Shown here: positions 51,537 through 64,000 of the stretch, in pieces
How the letters are laid out: every line of letters starts with the position of its first letter
Numbering within the stretch: position 1 is the first letter of the stretch
Assembly (NCBI GenBank): GCA_951406725.2
Contig: OX597834.1
Location: forward strand, 11,656,001 to 11,720,000
Length of the DNA: 64,000 nucleotides
Reading direction: 5' to 3'
Source of the DNA: Octopus vulgaris
Taxonomy: Eukaryota
Notes under the pieces: model-generated
Databases searched by the model: none
Told to the model about the DNA's origin: nothing
The model's input: the letters and a program-made list of their open reading frames with translations, nothing else
Position numbers and translations under genes: made by a program

Positions 51537-51890
51537 AAGTAAGTAGCTTGCTTACCAATCACATGGTTCTGGGTTCAGTCACACTGCGTGGCACCTTGGG
51601 CAAGTGTCTTCTACTATATCCTCGGGCTGACTAAAGCCTTGTGAGTGGATTTAGTAGACGGAATCTCAAAGAAGCCCGTCGTATGTATGTGTGTGTGTGT
51701 GTGTATGTATATTTCTACATTTTTTTTTTTCGAGAAGCTCCTTTCAGTTTCCTACCCAATTCACTCACAATGCTTTGGTAAGGCCTAGAATATAGGGGAA
51801 TACACTCGCTCAATGTGCCAAGCAATGGGACTGAACATGGAGCCATGAGGTTCAGAAGAAAGCTTCTTACCATACAGCCACGCCTGCACC
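51537..51890. mobile_element. Two SINE B 5' halves in inverted orientation (51537-51700 plus, 51735-51890 minus)
   Basis: Homology to the B head on opposite strands. Confidence 0.8.
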
Positions 51891-51958
51891 TACACACACA
51901 CACATATATATATATACATATATATGTACAATAAACCTATGGGGTTTCCATTGTTTCT

Positions 51959-52001
<43 letters not shown>

Positions 52002-52142
52002 CACACACACACACATATATATACATACATACATACACACACACATATATATATATATATATACATACATACACACACATATATATACATACATATATAT
52101 ATACATACATATATATACACATACATATATATACATACACAT

Positions 52143-52367
52143 ATTTTTTTTTGTACTTGTTTCAGTCATTTGACTGCGGCCATGCTGGAGCACCGCCTTT
52201 AGAGTGGTGAAAGAGTACAGCAGGGATCACCACCTCCTGCCGGAGCCTCGTGGAGCTTTTAGGTGTTTTCGCTCAATAAACACACACAACGCCCGGTCTG
52301 GGAATCGAAACCGCGATCCTCCGACCGCAAGTCCGCTGCCCTAACCACTAGGCCATTGCGCCTCCAC
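52143..52367 (-). mobile_element. Chimeric SINE: family D 5' ~165 bp fused to family B 3' ~50 bp
   Basis: The minus strand reads ...CTCTTTCACCACTCT|AAAGGCGGTGCTCCAGCATGGCC...GAAACAAGTACAAAAAAAAA. Confidence 0.85.
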
Positions 52368-52960
52368 ATACATACATATACATACATACATATATATATA
52401 CACACATACAAACATACATATACATACATACACACATACATACATATACATACACACACATATATATATACATACACATATACATATACATACACACACA
52501 CACATATATATACATACACACACACACATATATATACATACACACACACACATATATATACATATACATACATACACACACATATATATACATATATATA
52601 TATATACATACACACACATATATATACATATATACATACACACATATATATACATATATACATACACACACATATATACATATATTCATACACACACATA
52701 TATATACATATATATATATACATACACACACATATATATACATATATATATATACACACACACACACATATATATATATATACACACACACACTTATATA
52801 TATATATACACACACACACATATATATATATATACACACACACACATATATATATATACACACACACACATATATATATATACATACGCACACACACACA
52901 TATATATACATACACATATATATATTCAGACATATACACACATACCTACACACACTCACA
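52367..52960. repeat. Compound (CA)n/(TA)n microsatellite
   Basis: Read directly. Confidence 0.96.
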
Positions 52961-53594
52961 CAATTTTTTCTGCATATCCAATAGTTTCTCCCCGACACGT
53001 TTCCGAATTAACTTCGTGTAAGCCCTATTATTCCACTGTCACATATGGATTTCTAAAGAAATTAAATGAAAGTACAAAGTCGTTGATTGATGTTGACTAT
53101 TTCATTTGTCAGTCGTGTGGCTGCTTTAGTTACAGCAGTCGTTGGACTTCTCTGCCTTTGTGATCGTTCACACGATTTGCGTATGTGTATGACTGCAATA
53201 TATATATATATATATATGTGTGTATTCGGGTTTGTGTAGAACGAAAGGTGTGTATTGATACCGTGTGATTGCTGGAACGGAATATTATATTTCAACGAGT
53301 CGATTTGATTTCCTTGACGTGTATTTTCATTGTTTGCTCAACCTGTAGGGTTTCCTTGTTTTCTGTAGTAGTTACTGCAGTTTCAGGTTTCAGCTTTGTG
53401 TGTGCAATAATATCTGTGGAAGCGTCTCACGTATTGTATAAATGCATGCAGTACGTAGTTAACTTCCGAACGACATCGTTCCGGGTTCAGTCTCACTGCG
53501 TGGAATCTTTGAGCACAAGGTGTCAGTGGTTCTTTTTAGAGAAACTGAAAGGAGTCCGTTGTGTGTGTGTGTATAAATAAATGAAAAAAAAAAA

Positions 53595-53630
<36 letters not shown>

Positions 53631-53859
53631 ATGATATACTGAGAAAAAGAGAGAGAGCGAGAGGAATCAACAAATGTGATGCAGTGGTGCTCATTAGAGC
53701 TCAAACGATTTGAAGTTACACTTTGAAATCTTTATGTGGACTAAGTTCAACGGGTAAATAGAGGTCATAAGAATTCAGGTGAGCGGATACGGAGTTGAAC
53801 TAAAGGGATATTGATGCATACCATTTTCTTTGTAGTTTGGGCTAGATATACTACATATT

Positions 53860-54130
53860 GTAAATAGAGAGTAAACAATGAGTGAAAATATTGTTGTATG
53901 ACAATATAGATATTTATATGTTATCACAGCAATCGTACACAGAGTACAAAGACAACAGAAAATTAAAAGGAGCAGGTATAGTATTCCATGTCTGAAAGCT
54001 GTTTCTAGGGTGCCGGGGTTACTTCCAGATTTTGGCGCGTGTAGTTCCCCCAAAAAGTGAAGGATATGTAACCAATAGTGGAAGCGTATAAACATTAGGT
54101 AGAGGAAGCTTTCGTCTTCAGGGTGGAGAG
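53860..54130 (-). mobile_element. Possible PLE pLTR relic with long-stem-II hammerhead-like core
   Basis: cacc-CTGAAGA...~110 nt...GAAA-CAGCTT-TC (one change from palindromic ACAGCTGT), followed by a T-rich tail. Confidence 0.35.
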
Positions 54131-54208
54131 ATGAGTCTCGAACACTTCAAATCCTAATGCAGGAAAGTTTAAAGCTGAGTGGATGAAGAAAAGGGTAAAC
54201 ACACACAA

Positions 54209-54252
<44 letters not shown>

Positions 54253-54963
54253 CTAATACACGTATATATGATACATATGTATATATTAAAAGTTAGGGAT
54301 CGATAAGTACCTGTTTGCTAGAAAGAAGTGTTGAAACTCTCCAAAGCCACGCATCTATCTCTATATGTAAACACGCTCGGAGAATGTAGCATATATACTA
54401 AGAAAAGCAATTGTCTCTGTTTTTAAAAGTAGACAGAGTGGAAAAAATACCTCAGTATCAATTGTTTTCGCTTTCTGTGCCGAATTGACACGTAAAGCTC
54501 ACCAGCTAGGCTCACTACGTAAACTATTTTTAAAAATATATTTACCATTCCGTGCGCATCTCTTCATTTCAAACACCGCGACTTCGAAACGAACGTTAGC
54601 GCGCATGTTTAAATCCAAAATTCAAATAAGTTATCATTATCTTAAAAAAAAAAAATAAACTCTTTAAAAGCTAATGTTGCTTTTAGTTTATCAATTTATG
54701 TTGGACGATTCCTGATTTGAAACCGTCTGTTGAAATAAATACTGTTGTATTTCGGTACGGTCATTTAAAATTATCTTCGCCAAATAAACACACGCACTAT
54801 ATATTTGTTTTTCAATCGTTTATTAGTGTTTTTATCTTAATTCGTCCTTTGTCTGGAAAGTGTTTTGGGGTTTTTTTTTTGGTATATTTGCTACATTCTT
54901 CTTTTCGGTTTCCGTCAACGGAAGCCACTCATATTTGCATATCATAAATTCATAAATATATAT

Positions 54964-55300
54964 ATAACTAAAAATAAGGGTGTCTGAGAGACACCACCAT
55001 GCCGAAATAACAGTCAAATCCCTGACTCTAAGAACCACCATAAATGTTCATATCGCACCGTGAGATAAGACAGAGGGACAAAATAGACGAGCAAAAAAAT
55101 ATTACTTATCTCATGGTGCGATATGAACATTTAAGGTGGTTTTTAGAGTCAGGGATTTGACTGCAATTTCGGCATGGTGGTGTCTGAGAGACACCCTTAT
55201 TTTTAGTTTTAAAATGGTATTACCTTTGTATGGTATTTATTCCCATGCTGGCCACTTGATAATACCGATATTTAAATATCGATATTATTCTTATTTATAA
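54964..55300. repeat. Asymmetric fold-back (about 103-bp inverted repeat plus tail) in (TA)n
   Basis: 54966-55069 versus 55105-55208 with few mismatches and a ~35-nt spacer. Confidence 0.88.
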
Positions 55301-55339
<39 letters not shown>

Positions 55340-55344
<5 letters not shown>

Positions 55345-55540
55345 GTATCTGTGCATCACCCACCGTCGATTGATAACCGATGTTGGTGTGTTTATATCCC
55401 CGTAACATAGCCGTTCGGCGAAAGAGACCTACAAAATAAGTGCCAGGTTTGCAAAGACTAAGTCCTAGAGTCGATTCATTCGACTAAAGGTGGTGCTCCA
55501 GCAAGGCCGTAATCAAATGAGAGATACAATTAAAAGAATA
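55340..55540 (+). mobile_element. SINE family B, 3' half
   Basis: Homology to other B copies. Confidence 0.8.
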
Positions 55541-55968
55541 TACATATATATATACATATATTTATATATATTCACATATGTCTATACATAAATATATTTA
55601 CTAACATCCTATATACACATACCACACACTTAGATACGCACACACGAACGCAAATTAGTGTACTTGATCTCGTGCTTGTCTGTTTTCCTGCAGGTCAAAA
55701 CCCACGGCATCCAACATTCCTTCACCTTTCTATGTATATGGACATTTTACCCATTCATCTACCAATGACAATATATTCACTTTGCTGTCATTCCACCTAA
55801 TTTTATATGTATCATGCTGCAGGTCAACCTTTTTCCGTGCTGCTTGTCCACCTATCCATCTGAGTTTGAGATTTATGCACGCTCACACGAAGCAATTCCT
55901 TTTTTCATTTCCTTTAATGCTCCCCATTGGCTTTCCTCTCTTTAATATATTCTTCCACTTTATATTTT

Positions 55969-56372
55969 GGCGTAGGAGTGACTGTGTGGTAACTAGCTTG
56001 CTTACCAACTACATGGTTCCGGGTTCAGTCCCACTGCGTGGCACCTTGGGCAAGTGTCTTCTACTATAGCCTTGGGCTGACCAAAGCCTTGTGAGTGGAT
56101 TTGGTAGACGGAAACTGAAAGAAGCCCGTCGTATATATGTATGTATATATGTGTGTTTGTATGTATATGTTTCTGTGTCTGCGTTTGTCCCCCCAACATC
56201 GCTTGACAACCAATGCTGGTGTGTTTACGACTCCGTAATCTAGCGGTTCAGCAAAAGAGACCGCTAGAATAAGTACTAGGCTTACAAAGAATAAGTCCTG
56301 GGGTCGATTTGCTCGACTAAAGGCGGTGATCTAGCATGACCGCAGTCAAATGACTGAAACAAGTAAAAGAGA
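55969..56372 (+). mobile_element. SINE family B, full length
   Basis: Homology to other B copies. Confidence 0.92.
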
Positions 56373-57159
56373 AAAAGAGAAAGAGATATATTTCTGCATG
56401 CTCATATGTATACTTAAATATACATTAGCGTAACTCACACGCGCACACACATATATATACGTATGTGTGTGTGTATACATTTTACCGAGAACCTTTCGCC
56501 AACAGCTCGTTGGGGTTTGCTGAACTTCTGTATATATTTTCCGCTTGTTTGTGCTTATATATTTTATATAAAGAATACAAAAAATCGGACAAGAACGCAA
56601 AACATCCAGACAGATGATACAAAACAGGGACAAGAAAAAACAAAGACGGATTAGTCGGTGTTACCACCCGCCTCAATTGAGTTCCAGATTACCTTTGCAA
56701 TTTTGTCTGGTTATACTCGAGATTGCTCAAATATGGCCAGCCCCAAGGAAAAACCAAACTAAGACAACTAGATTCATTGGACGAGAGCAACGAATATATA
56801 CGAAAACAAGGAGGGAAAGGAAAAAAAAAACGAGAAACGGTAAATAAATACAAATACCAGGACATTAACAACAGATGTCTTTCGACTAAAGACTAATTAA
56901 ATTAAGCTGGCGTGTGTGGAAGGGAAGCCTTAACGCAGGAATATAAGAGATGACAGCCATGGGGAGAGATAGGTAGATAGATAGAGGTGGATATTAAATA
57001 TATAAATATTGATAGGTAATTGAAAAAAAAAACAGATCATACATTCAGTTCTAGGTTGACATTGACAGTCGGTCCATCTACGACCCATATAAAATCTGTT
57101 TCAAGTCTTTGCTTGAAATAGGAGTTATGAAAATAAAATACTATTATTTATAGGCTGCT

Positions 57160-57620
57160 TAGGTCGGTGAGTTGCCAGGGTCAGTGCGCCGGGCAGAATG
57201 CTAAGAGGTATTTCAGCTGTGTTTACGTTCTGAGTTCAAATTCCACCGAGGTCGACTTTGCTTTTCGTCCTCTCGAGGACGATGAAATAAGCACTAGTTA
57301 ACACTGGGGTGAATATAATCGACTTATCCCCTTCCATAAAATTTTAGGCTTTGTGCCTATAATAGAAAGGGTTATTTATAGGCTACTTAAGTCGGTGAGC
57401 TGGTAGAAAAGTTAGGGCGCTGGGCAGAACGCTTAGGGGTCTTTCTTTCGTCCTTACGTTCTGCGTTAAAAGTCTACCAAGATCGACTTTGCTTTTCATC
57501 CTTTCGAGATCGATAAAATAAGTACCAGTGAAACACTATTCCTCGACTGGCATTTAATTTATCGACTCGGAAGTATGAAATGCAAAATCTACCTTGGCTG
57601 GATTCGAAATCAGAATGTAA
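57160..57620. mobile_element. Cluster of old SINE family A copies (57160-57372 plus, 57390-57535 plus, 57545-57620 minus)
   Basis: Colinear degenerate family A blocks. Confidence 0.75.
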
Positions 57621-57837
57621 TGTGTTGGGCCATGTAACGCAAATCACTTTCCCGATCCTTTATAAAAAACTCTGTCATCTAATGTTTAATTTAATACAAA
57701 GTTGACGTCTTCGGCATCATATGAAAAATATACATCCTCTGACATCATATTATGATGTACAATAATATAAGCACTGTGCAAGTGTGTAGTTTTCTGTGTG
57801 TGTGTATGTGCGTATGTGTATATGTAAGCATATATAT

Positions 57838-58095
57838 ATATAAATCAAATTAGAAATAAAACCACTATTAGGCAAATCAAACAGTGAAAAACATAAACCA
57901 AAACATAAAAATAAATAAAATTAATATAATATACAAAATATCTAAATTTATGTTTTGGTTTATGCTGTTCACTGTTTGATTTGCCTAATAGTGGTTTTAT
58001 CTCTAATTTAATTTATATTTATACTGTGAAATTTGATTTAATCCTAAATCTAATTTTTCCCTGTAAGTTTGGATTTACTCCCTAAAATTATTATA
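57838..58095. repeat. Asymmetric fold-back (about 72-bp inverted repeat plus tail) in (TA)n
   Basis: 57838-57909 versus 57947-58018 with a ~37-nt AT spacer. Confidence 0.85.
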
Positions 58096-58119
58096 TATAT
58101 GTGTGTGTGCGTGTGTGTA

Positions 58120-58317
58120 TACAGAGTTGAAATTTATAGGAAAGCAGAACACGAAGACATGTGTATGAACAGCAACCAAGTGTCTTAGTTGGACGCTTAG
58201 GAAAATGAAAAAGTCTTACGTTTCGAACCTACGCTCTTCAACAGAAATGTATAAGAAAAAATAAAGAGAGAGAGAATGAAAAAAACTTGTAGATTTCAGC
58301 GATCCAACATGGCGAAC
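58120..58317 (-). mobile_element. PLE pLTR-like fragment with hammerhead-like motif (A6U core)
   Basis: ttt-CTGTTGA-a-gagc-gtag-gttc-GAAA-cg-TA-aga at 58248 to 58213. Layout resembles 14950-15400. Confidence 0.6.
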
Positions 58318-59214
58318 ACATATACACACACACATGAATGTATAATATACGTATTTGTTTGCATCATATAAACATACATACATATCCAAACACACTTATA
58401 AGCACACACAAACATATATAAGCATTTGTATATGTATACATATATGAAATCATATGCACATATGCGTGTACATATGTGTGTATGTGTGTGCGTGCCTGTG
58501 TGAATATATATATATATCCATATACAGACTGGTAGATTATATTTGCTCGTACACACGAATGAGGAAGTAAACTAGTTGTAAGACGAGGTGGTCGAGATAC
58601 GCATATTTACTACAATTACACTTCAGTCTGATGCACTGACTGTCTTTGCCAAACATCCATTAATCGAATATTCCTTTGCAATGTAGACAATATTCAGTCA
58701 AAACCAGTACCACCAGCACCAGCACCACTACTACCACTACTACTACTACTACCACTACCACTACTACTACATATGAACCTTACTTGTAATATCTATGAGT
58801 ATTGTCATAGGAATTAATATTGATCTTAGGCAATTACTAAATGTCCGTAACATTTCAAATATTCAATCATGTATAATTCTCTGTTGTACATTTTTATGAA
58901 GAAAATCTGCTACTTTACGACGGTTTTAAATATTTTTATTATCTCTTTTAAATCTAATCGATATTGCACTTATAATAACCAATTGTCTCGGCGGGATAGA
59001 ATCTGAATTGTCACTCGATTCGTCATGCTAAATACAGCTCCCCAGATTTCCCTCAAAACTTCGTTGACATAGAAAAGTAGGATTTTATTTCCCACTGTTT
59101 ATATTTTATTCTTTTCTTGGAGTGTCAGGGAATATAAATAATTAGAAATGAATGGGGAACAATAAGTAATGTAATACTTTTTGTCATAGATCTATTCACT
59201 CTAGAAAGATTTAA

Positions 59215-59245
59215 GGAATCCTCGTCGTCGCAACCGACGTAGTAC
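59215..59245 (+). mobile_element. Isolated 3'-terminal hairpin of the SINE D tail
   Basis: GGAATCCTCGTCGTCGCAACCGACGTAGT versus the D end GGAACCCTCGTCGTCGTAACCGACGGAGT. Confidence 0.7.
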
Positions 59246-59559
59246 TAGGTTAGTGTATATTGTTTAGTACCAGATGAGCTGTGATAGAAGAGTTAGACCC
59301 AAAGGTTTAATGTGCGTCTAGAGTTGACCAGAATGAGTTTTATGGGATAACGAGCAAAACGCCCCCCCCTCCACGTCCAATGGACGGTGCTGAGTTGTCA
59401 AACATTTAAACCAAAATTTTCTCAAAAGAACTTGTCCGACCGTCCCATAGGCCTCGCCTTTGAGAAACACTGATTTTATCTAAATTTGAGACACCAGCAA
59501 AAGAAGAAATAAAGATAGACTTTTTTTTCTAATCCAAAGAAAAACGATTTTATTCACAC

Positions 59560-59747
59560 AAATATGCAACCGAAGAGTTTATCGGTCGCATTCGCACCTG
59601 GAATCGATTTTTGTAATTTTTTCAAGACTTATACACGCCCTGATACCGTCGTTATCTACATATCAAATTTGAATGCAATCGGATGGAGGATGCCCGAGAT
59701 CCTAGAAGGGACACAGACAGACGGACAGACGGATTTTATATAATAGA
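59560..59747 (-). mobile_element. 5' end of a third Helitron-like element
   Basis: Minus strand A|TCTATTATATAAAATCCGTCTGTCCGTCTGTCTG..CCGATTGCATTCAAATTTG has the same 5' layout as types 1 and 2. No CTAG end was found. Confidence 0.55.
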
Positions 59748-60604
59748 TATACAATGTAGAATGTATACATTGAGAAAGGTTCGACTGCTAACTCTCATAG
59801 ACCGAAAATCTTTGTAGATGGTCCCATATTGAGGCCCTATACATTTTGCATATTTACACGATCCTCATCTTGCATATAGTAAGTGCGTTCACTCTGTATG
59901 CATGTATGTCTATGGTGATGCACTTGTCTGTTTTAACAGAGTATAATATAGTTTGAGAATGATAACGTTCAGTTTTCATCTGGACGAACGATCGCCTAGG
60001 ACCTTCCACGTACGTTGCTGTGTGTATTTATCTCCAAGTAAACTCGAGCCGAGCGGAGAAATGACCAATTTTATTGAAGGACTATGAAAGACTATAATAT
60101 CCCCAAAATTTCACTAGCCTGAAAATATTGGATATGTCATTTAATGGTTACTTTTAGCAAAGCGAACGTTTCATTTAAACAAGCGTGGGTAATTGTTTTC
60201 GAGACACGACTCCTTTTAAGCCGGGCCGCATTACAAAAAGTTAAAACTAAATTTTCAGTGGGTTGTTATTCAGATTGTCACGCGGGCCACAGTATGATCA
60301 TAGCTATCTCAGAGGCAGAGCTTTTGGTGAATACATGCATGCTTAGAGAACATATAGTGTAATTCCAACGGATATGTTGTGCCGATGAATACACGAATAA
60401 TAGAACAATACTTCTAATCAAGTAGTTTGTTCTCAGACGAAAGAAGGAAAAAAAAAGCTGCGGGTCATTCAGTGAATAACGGACGCACTGGTAGATTCAA
60501 AAAGAAAGATAGAATGGGAAATAATGAAAAGCAGATGTAGAAAGGAATATAGGGCTGATCATAATCAGTCGGTCACTTTTCAGAAGTAGGCAGGCTGCAT
60601 GCGG

Positions 60605-60922
60605 CTGCTGCTACTACTACTGCTGCTGCCAATGTTCCCCGTACTACCACCACCACCACCACCACTACTACTATTGCCACTACTACTACTATTGCCACTA
60701 CTACTACTACTACCACCACCACCACCACCACTACTACTACTACTACCACTACTACTACTACTATTGCCACTACTATTACTACTACTACTACTACTATTGC
60801 CACTACTACTACTAATACTACTACTGCTACCCCTACTGCTACTAATACTACTGCCCCTACTACTACTACTATTGCTACCCCTACTACTACTATTGCTACC
60901 CCTACTACTACTACTGCTATCC

Positions 60923-60955
<33 letters not shown>

Positions 60956-61048
60956 GCTACCCCTACTACTACTACTACTACTACTATTGCCCCTACTACT
61001 ACTACTACTACTACTACTATTGCTACCCCTACTACTACTACTGCTGCT
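60605..61048. repeat. (CTA)n/(CCA)n trinucleotide tract with CTATTGCTACCC higher-order unit
   Basis: Read directly. Confidence 0.95.
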
Positions 61049-61660
61049 TAATGCCATTTCGGTGTAGGGTAGTAGTAAATTAAGGCAGCATTGTTCGACG
61101 CCTTGTAGTTTCTGTTCCAGTACACGGCGTTCTAAATTCTTTTGTGGTAGATACGGCTACCCACTTATTTAATAACCCACATGGTCCTTGGGTTCATTTA
61201 AAATGTGTTTACTGGATTGTAAGAATTTGGGTTAGAGCCTTCTCTTGACTCTAACTTCCTCCCTTCCTTTCAAGAACCTCACAGGCTCTGGCGACACCGA
61301 GGACCGTAAAGTAGAAAATAATATGGTGAAAATCCCAAAAGGAAGCCCGCAACCACAAAAACTAAACCTCACGCTGTTAAACGGCCAAACATTACTCAGG
61401 TTGGGTTTTAGTTGCCAAGTTATTTAAAGCGCTCCTGGCATGGCTTCTCCACTTCCTCAGTCTGTATTTCTCGGAGTACCTTCTCTAACTTAACTCTGCA
61501 TTTTTCAGCTCAATCCTGTTGTAATTCGATGACAAAATGGTTGCTTAACTTTACCAGTCAAGCAACTTCTTAGAGATCGATTCGTTGCTGGCTTCTATCC
61601 ATGCATTTATAAGGACATAATATAGCTAATAAATTCGATATAAGTGTATTCCACCAAATG

Positions 61661-62079
61661 AAGGCGGCGAGCTGGCAGAAACGTTAGCGCGCCGGGCTAA
61701 ATGCTCAGCGTTATTTCGTCTGACGCTAGGTTCTAAGTTCAAATTTCACCGAGGTCGACTTTGCCTTTCATCCTTTCGGAGTCGATTAAATAAGTACCAG
61801 TTACGCACTGGGGTCGATATAATCGACTTAATTCGCTTGTCTGTCCTTGTTTGTCATCTCCGTGTTTAGCCCCTTGTGGGTAGTAAAGAAATAGGTATTT
61901 CGCCTGCCGTTACGTTCCGATTTCAAATTGCGCCGAGGTCAACTTTGCCTTTAATCCTTTCGGGGTCGATAGATTAAGTACTAGTTACGCACTGGAGTTG
62001 ATGTAATCGACTTAATCCATTTGTCTGTCCTTGTTTGCCCCGTCTATGTTTAGCGCTTTGTGGGCAATAAAGAAATATA
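61661..62079 (+). mobile_element. SINE family A dimer within one 13-bp TSD
   Basis: Junction AAAGAAATA|GGTATTTCGCC at 61893/61894. TSD TATTCCACCAAAT at 61647-61659 and 62080-62092. Confidence 0.92.
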
Positions 62080-63188
62080 TATTCCACCAAATTATTTTTA
62101 ATGCCATGAAGAGTCTCTTAATCATGATTTCTAACAATTAGCGCAAGGCACACACTCTATGGTGATCAGATGGCCCATGGTTTACTGATTCTTATGTTTA
62201 TCCAAGCAGAAACTACAGAGAGAAAAATCGTCATAAGCGGTATTTGAACTGGAGATATTAAAGAATATTACTAAATACTGCATATTGTTTCGTCCGGATT
62301 GCTAAGTTTTGAAGTCTCTACAGTATGCCGATTTACATTTTGCGCAACGATGGGCAGTACTATTGATTATAAGCATTCAGTCGGTTGAATACGTACGATA
62401 TCAATTTATATGGAATCGAATAGTGTATTCAATCAAATATTGATTTCTTATAAAGCCATGCAAGTATAGAGAGTGATATAATCGATTATATCGACACCCA
62501 ATACTTGACTTGAACTTCATTTTATCGATCTCTTAAAGATGAAAGTCATTGCTGACCTCAACACAGTTTGAAGATCAGGACGTGAAGGATTGTTATTAAA
62601 TATCTTAACAAATTTTGCGCAACCCCGTACTAATTCTGCTTAGCAGATTCGACACCAAAATTTGACTGCTATTTCTGTCGAATCCGGAGCAATGAACGGT
62701 AAAGATAATTTTGTTTTGATTTGAACTCAACGTAAAAAGCCTCAGATAACTATTTTGAAATTATGACGTCCGACGCTGTAGCCCAGGCATTCGAGATGCA
62801 GAGAGCATGAGACATGGCTCATTGTCAGCTAGTCCGATCTCCTTAACAAATTCGAATTTTTAAAAATTTTTTTAGGGTTGCTTTTCAGAATATCCTGCGG
62901 CAATTTCGGTGGGAGGGTTCTGCTGAATATATCGACACAAATACATAATTCGTATTATATTCATCGACACCGATGAATTCACCGATGCAATTCAAACGCA
63001 CACACGCACACACACAAAGTAAGTCAGACATTTCAAGGGGGTGGGGGGATCTATTTTATCAACACTATTATCTAAAAAGTATCGACCCCGCCCATTTGGA
63101 AATGTGGAAATCAACGCTGACGTCTGCGAGGTTCGAATTCACAATGACCAGAGAAATACTTCTAAGTATAATATAAATAGCAATATCT

Positions 63189-63571
63189 GGAAGCACTCCG
63201 TCGGTTACGATGATGAGGGTTCCGGTTGATCCGAATCAACGGTACAGCCTGCTCGTGAAATTAACGTGTAAGTGGCTGAGCACTCCACAGATACGTGTAC
63301 CCTTAACATAGTTCTCGGGGATATTCAGCGTGACACAGAAAGTGACAAGGCCGGCCCTTTGAAATACAGGTACAACAGAAACAGGAAGTAAGAGTGAGAG
63401 AAAGCTGTGGTGAAAAAGTACAGCAGGGATCACCACCATCCCTGCCGGAGCCTCGTGAAGTTTTAGGTGTTTTTGCTCAATAAACACTCACAACGCCCGG
63501 TCTGGGAATCGAAACCGCGATCCTACGACCGCGAGTCCGCTGCCCTAACCACTGGGCCATTGCGCCTCCAC
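63189..63571 (-). mobile_element. SINE family D, full length, 12-bp TSD
   Basis: TSD ATAGCAATATCT at 63177-63188 and 63572-63583. Confidence 0.95.
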
Positions 63572-64000
63572 ATAGCAATATCTATGCTGTCGTAGACAAC
63601 ACAGAAGTTAAATAATTTCCAAGCATTGTCACCATTCCGCACTTTTGACAGGTAGTGTATAATTTACATATTCACATCATATCACATGGAATAAGGGTAA
63701 TCAATCCGCGAAACCTTTGGTTCTATAATTTCACTACTTCTTTCAAAAACGCAATATAAAAAGGCTAACGTATCATACGAACATTTGCAATGAGACTCCT
63801 TCTCTATGAATGAAACGTAGTTAAGTGGAAACTACTATTCTTAATCTAATGCAACAATATAGAAAAAAATTATTTCTTTTCAATGGCATTCTTTGTTGAA
63901 GTTGGAAATTCTTTACATTTATGTGGAAGTATGCCGTGTTGAACAAATTTAATTGTGATGTGTTACGTGTGGCGTCACTTCTAGACAGGTTTCGGTTCTA

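Noticed and set aside
54980-55025. CTGAGAG..GAAA..GTC in the fold-back arm as a hammerhead
   Set aside because: The core is not CUGANGA and no stem II closes onto GAAA.
56570-56960. Possible further PLE LTR-like segment on the minus strand
   Set aside because: Composition and microsatellite flanks are suggestive, but there is no intact ribozyme core or second copy in the window.
59459-59472. TTTGAGAAACACTG, resembling a hAT/Charlie terminus
   Set aside because: No matching opposite TIR or 8-bp TSD was found.
60599-61051. Poly-Leu/Pro or mucin-like poly-Thr ORF
   Set aside because: A trinucleotide repeat whose register shifts near 60955, with no unique coding flanks or convincing splice context.

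Overview
AT-rich, very repeat-dense eukaryotic DNA that looks intergenic or intronic. I found no intact host gene, tRNA or rRNA, and almost all ORFs in the track are microsatellite or SINE read-throughs. The source is probably a coleoid cephalopod (Octopus-like); this is inferred from recognisable tRNA-derived SINE families and a nad4 insert that reads in the invertebrate mitochondrial code. Contents: (1) dozens of copies or fragments of at least four tRNA-headed SINE families plus one further SINE-like tail (my labels A-E), including dimers and chimeras with clean target-site duplications (TSDs); (2) decayed retroelement fragments of Penelope-like elements (PLE: RT, GIY-YIG and several pLTR ends), HERO, R4/Dong, RTE and CR1; (3) non-autonomous Helitrons of two types sharing one 3' end, one of them a head-to-tail dimer; (4) three MITEs; (5) a nad4 NUMT; (6) large compound microsatellites. 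The most interesting signals are a set of type-I hammerhead-ribozyme-like motifs in PLE ends (two unrelated ones share a CCGACGA/U4C core), five asymmetric fold-backs sitting in microsatellites, a recurrent SINE dimer junction, and a SINE that carries an internal (TA)n tract used as a landing site by another element. All alignments and translations were done by eye, so boundaries of old copies are approximate.
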